Positions 52,285-57,254 of a stretch of 57,254 nucleotides of DNA are shown piece by piece. Position 1 is the first letter of the stretch, and every line of letters starts with the position of its first letter. Source of the stretch: Halobacteriota archaeon. Lineage in GTDB: Archaea; Halobacteriota; Syntropharchaeia; DAOWMC01. The stretch is from assembly GCA_034190245.1 (NCBI GenBank), contig JAXHTJ010000002.1, positions 1 to 57,254 on the forward strand, in the 5' to 3' direction. Position numbers and translations under genes: made by a program. Under the pieces are notes generated by a model. The model searched no databases, had not been told where the DNA came from, and saw nothing but the letters and a program-made list of their open reading frames with translations.

Positions 52285-53184
52285 CTAATAATCCCTATAT
52301 GTGTAGATATCTTTTCTGTCATGACCACCATGACCATCGACCTTCTTTGTGTAACTCTGAATATCTCCTGCCCGCTTCAGAAGGGTTCCTAGGAATGGAA
52401 GTCTCTCGCCATTGCTCACCATCTTTCTTAAGTCACTGGTGGAGATCCCTTCTGATTGCAATGCCCCAATCCAGTTTAGAAGCTCGCTTGTTGCAGGTGC
52501 TTTCTCAAATCCCTGCCCACGGAGGTCATAAAATATCTCGATTGAAGCACTTACCAATTTTTCAGTTGCCTGCGGGTAATGTAGCGATATAATATGCTTC
52601 ATCTCTTCGTCGGTAGGAAAGTCGATATAATGGCAGTAGCACCTTCTCAAAAAAGGATCTGAGAGCTCTCTTTTGGCGTTGCTTGTAATAACGATGAATG
52701 GCTTGTGATTTGCATGGATTGTTCTGTCGATCTCCCTTATAGTGAACTCGTAAGCCTCCAGAATGTCGAGAAGGTTATCCTGAACATCAGACTCCGTCTT
52801 GTCAATCTCATCGAGCAGAATGACTCCCTTCTCCTCGGCTAAAAATGCTTTTCCGATCGGGCCATAGACGATATAGTCATCGAACTTTGCAGGGTCCCTT
52901 CCTGTCTCCTCTGATCCGAATCTCGATTCATAGAGTCTGGCTACAGTATCATGATCGTAGCACATCTCCTCGCCTTTCATAGTCGATTTGCACCTTGCCA
53001 CGTAGATCTTCATACTGAGGGCACGGGCGACCTCGAATGCTAGCTGCGTCTTTCCTGTACCCGCCTCCCCCATCAAAAGCAGGGGTTTATCCATGGCAAG
53101 TGCGATATTAACCATCGTTCCTAGCTCAGGGGAGAGGAAATATCTATCAGTGCCGCTAAATCTCATTTCTTCATTTGAGTTCAT
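52285..53184 (-). CDS. MoxR/CoxD-like AAA+ ATPase
   Basis: Walker A is LLLMGEAGTGKTQLA and Walker B is VILLDEIDK. Sensor and Arg finger lie in ITSNAKRELSDPFLRRC. Confidence 0.8.
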   Translation of the reverse strand: MNSNEEMRFSGTDRYFLSPELGTMVNIALAMDKPLLLMGEAGTGKTQLAFEVARALSMKIYVARCKSTMKGEEMCYDHDTVARLYESRFGSEETGRDPAKFDDYIVYGPIGKAFLAEEKGVILLDEIDKTESDVQDNLLDILEAYEFTIREIDRTIHANHKPFIVITSNAKRELSDPFLRRCYCHYIDFPTDEEMKHIISLHYPQATEKLVSASIEIFYDLRGQGFEKAPATSELLNWIGALQSEGISTSDLRKMVSNGERLPFLGTLLKRAGDIQSYTKKVDGHGGHDRKDIYTYRDY

Positions 53185-53284
53185 AATCTCAAGTTCCTCT
53201 ATTCTATTTTAGGTTTGTTATACAGCCACAAAAAGCCTTTGCAATAACCTTTCAACATAAGTATTCTTTTAAAAAAATGCCAAC

Positions 53285-53298
53285 CGTAAATTTTAATA
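53285..53298 (+). promoter_or_regulatory. Candidate rRNA operon BRE/TATA (CGTAAATTTTAATA)
   Basis: It matches the archaeal BRE (cRnaAnt) plus TATA (TTTAWATA) consensus and lies about 270 nt upstream of the 16S 5' end. Confidence 0.35.
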
Positions 53299-53504
53299 CC
53301 TCATAAAACTTACCATAACATTAGTAACCCGAGTGCTTTATGGTACTTGGGGTTGTTTAAGAGTTTCTTAAGAATGATATTAAGATCGTGGTCTATATTG
53401 TCGGCGTCGACCCAGATTATGGGAATTCCAATAGATGATGGGTTGCCTTCCAATCACGATACATAGATAGTGGAGACATGGAAGTATCTTCATGTCTGAC
53501 GTTT

Positions 53505-53534
53505 GTCCTAACAATTCGATTATTTCGATTGGTA
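53505..53534 (+). other. 5' strand of the 16S processing stem, with a bulge-helix-bulge motif
   Basis: 53505-53516 pairs with 55076-55087 (12 bp) and 53524-53534 pairs with 55058-55068 (11 bp). In the centre, cgat (53517-20) pairs with gtcg (55069-72). It is flanked by the 3-nt bulges tat (53521-23) and ata (55073-75), giving a 3-4-3 BHB. Confidence 0.75.
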
Positions 53535-53565
53535 GTGTTTCATTATTTTGTGCTTCCAAATCAAC

Positions 53566-55047
<1,482 letters not shown>

Positions 55048-55057
55048 AACAATAAAA

Positions 55058-55087
55058 TACCAATCGAAGTCGATAAATTGTTAGGAC
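55058..55087 (+). other. 3' strand of the 16S processing stem (BHB)
   Basis: It is complementary to 53505-53534, as described for the 5' strand. Confidence 0.75.
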
Positions 55088-55129
55088 AGCAATATCAATT
55101 AATATGTGATTGCGCTGGGGCTTGGTTTT

Positions 55130-55202
55130 GGGCTCGTAGCTCAGCTGGAAGAGCGCCGCCTTTGCGAGGCGGAGGCCCTGGGTTCAAATCCCAGCGAGTC
55201 CA
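55130..55202 (+). tRNA. tRNA-Ala (UGC) in the 16S-23S spacer
   Basis: GGGCTCGTAGCTCAGCTGG...CCGCC-TTTGCGA-GGCGG...GGTTCAAATCC...CGAGTCCA. It folds as a cloverleaf with anticodon TGC and the G3:U70 alanine identity pair. There is no encoded CCA and no intron. Confidence 0.95.
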
Positions 55203-55304
55203 TTTATGCACTTGATGTTCTTAGGACATCAGGGAAGGGCTGATAGCAACTGCTAAATGAAGCCGTGTATATGCTTTGCGACTCAGACGCTAACTGGATT
55301 TAGT

Positions 55305-57254
55305 GAAGTAATTGCTGGTAATTCTGCCATTTGTTGGATGGCTTGGCTCAAACGCCGAAGAAGGACGTACCAAGCTGCGATAAGCCTCGGGGAGACGCAG
55401 GGATTCTACGAACCGAGGATCTCCTAATAGGACCTCCAGATGCACAAGCATCGATCCAGTAATTCTGGATTGGGAACGCCCCGGATTGAAACATCTTAGT
55501 AGGGGCAGGAATAGAAATCAAGAGAGATGCCGTTAGTAATCGCGAGTGAAAACGGCTAAGTTCAAACCGAACCGCATTCTTAAAGGAATGTGGAATGTGG
55601 TGTTATAAGTTGAGCCTACTGGGCCCGACCCGGCGAAGTCGAAGTTCCCTGGAAAGGGACACCAAAGAGTGTGATAGTCACGTAGACGTAAACTGGAGGG
55701 TTCTGGTTCATACTTGAGTACTGTGGGTTGGATATCCCGCAGAAATTTGGGAGGCACCAACTTCCAAGACTAAATACGTTTTGAGACCGATAGCGTAATA
55801 GTACCGTGAGGGAAAGCTGAAAAGTACCCTAAGAAGGGAGGTGCAAAGGGCCTGAAATCAGATGGTGATAGTGCGATATGGCTTCAAAGAAGTGATACAT
55901 CTCGAAGGAAAATTTCGTGAGGAATCTGTACAAGAGATGTTAATCAGGGTCATATCATACGTTTTGAAGAACGGACCAGGGAGTGTATTTTAGTGGCGAG
56001 GTTAACTTCGTAGGAAGATAGCCCAAGGGAAACCAACAAGCACGCAGCTTCGGCAAGGTGCGGCGTATTAAAGTGCGTGGAGTCACTAGGGTACGACCCG
56101 AAGCCAGGCGATCTAGGCGTGGGCAGGTTGAAGCGTGGCGAAAGCTGCGTCGAGGACCGCTAGCGGTATTGATGTGCAAATCATTCGCGTGACCTGTGTC
56201 TAGGGGTGAAAGTCCAATCGAGCCTGGGAATAGCTGGTTCCTTCCGAAACATGTCGCAGCATGACCCGGCTGGAGATAGTCAACGAAGTAGAGCTACTGA
56301 TTGAAGGATCCGGGGGGGAAACCCCTCGCTCTTCTGTCAAACTCCAAAATCGTTGTCGTCGTAGAAGGTCGGAGTCCGGGCTGGGGGGTAAGCTTCCAGT
56401 CCGTAAGGGAGACAACCCGGACCGAGGTTAAGGTCCCCAAGTGTCAGCTAAGTGTCAACACTAAAGGGAGTCTTGGGCCCTAGACAACTGGGAGGTGAGC
56501 TTAGAAGCAGCTACCCTTTAAAGAGTGCGTAACAGCTCACCAGTCGAGGTTTAAGGCCTTGAAAATGGACGGGGCTAAAGCTGACCACCGATACCTCGGG
56601 ACTTCGAAAGAAGATTCAGTAGGAAGGCGTTGTGTTTGGGTGGAAGCATGGTTGTAAAATCATGTGGACCGAATAGAAACGAAAATCCTGGTAATAGTAG
56701 CAGCATAGTTGGGTAAGAATCCCAATCGCCGAAGGGGCTAGGTTTCCTCGGCAATGTTCGTCAGCCGAGGGTTAGTCGATCCTAAGATATGTCCTAACTG
56801 GAGCATGTCAAAAGGGAAGCAGGTTAATATTCCTGTACCATCCAGCCGTATTGCGTAAGCAACCTGACGCTTTAGGGTAGATCAGGCGGTGCCGTCGCGC
56901 CGTTCAAGCACATAAATCTGTGGAGTGCCGTAATGGCGAGAAACGGATGAAAGTGTGATGACGAAAGCCGATTGATCCCAGGAGCCCGTGAAAAGGGGGC
57001 TGGACGATCGTACCGAGAACTGACACAGGTGCCCCTAAGCTGAGAAGGCTAAGGCGTGTCGGATATAATCTAGCTAAGGGAAATCGGCAAATTGGCTCCG
57101 TAACTTTGGGAGAAGGAGTGTCTGCTCTGAAGGGAGCAGATCGCAGTGACAAGGGAGCTCTAACTGTCTAATAACAACATAGGCGATCGCAAGTCTGTAA
57201 AGATTAGTACGATCGCTGAATCCTGCCCAGTGCGGGTACCTGAAAACCCGGTTC
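55305..57254 (+). rRNA. rrl: 23S ribosomal RNA, 5' partial (truncated by the window end; start approximate)
   Basis: GTTGGATGGCTTGGCTCAAACGCCGAAGAAGGACGTACCAAGCTGCGATAAGCC is the domain I 5' signature. Conserved 23S segments continue to 57254. Confidence 0.9.

Overview
This window is a densely coding archaeal chromosome segment. The evidence for an archaeon is an archaeal-type SAM synthetase, proteasome alpha, SBDS, Rrp4, Rrp41, prefoldin beta, and a 16S-tRNA(Ala)-23S operon whose 16S is flanked by a bulge-helix-bulge processing stem. The 16S 5' end (CTGGTTGATCCTGCCAGAG) looks Methanomicrobia-like, but I cannot place the organism more precisely. The layout is as follows. (1) 1-14390, minus strand: a surface-glycan cluster with several GT2 enzymes, a GT-C/PMT-like enzyme, a methyltransferase, a B12-radical SAM protein, three SDR sugar enzymes including a UDP-xylose synthase, GalU and a short Ugd-like protein. 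Sequon-rich secreted proteins sit inside and beside it. (2) 16.1-23.7 kb: housekeeping genes (htpX, dnaJ, ADP-forming acyl-CoA synthetase alpha, SAM synthetase, nitroreductase, a HAD phosphatase, moeA) plus a RusA-like gene. (3) 23.7-47.2 kb, the most unusual part: a non-archaellum type IV pilus-like operon (FlaI-like ATPase, FlaJ-like platform, 743-aa pilin-like protein). It is divergently joined to four translationally coupled KaiC/RecA-like genes that alternate degenerate and intact Walker A motifs. Next comes a 13-gene minus-strand signalling array of REC-PAS histidine kinases, Rcp-like and CheY-like receivers, a CheC-like phosphatase, and two REC-PAS proteins ending in a DUF835-like domain. 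A shared promoter-proximal motif occurs four times in this block, and two unannotated paralogous small ORFs sit behind two of the copies. The block also holds a 779-bp near-identical direct repeat. (4) 47.3-53.2 kb: the psmA-SBDS-rrp4-rrp41 operon with no adjacent rrp42, pfdB, and a MoxR/VWA pair. (5) 53.5 kb to the end: the rRNA operon, with the 23S truncated by the window edge. I found no CRISPR array, IS element or integrase.
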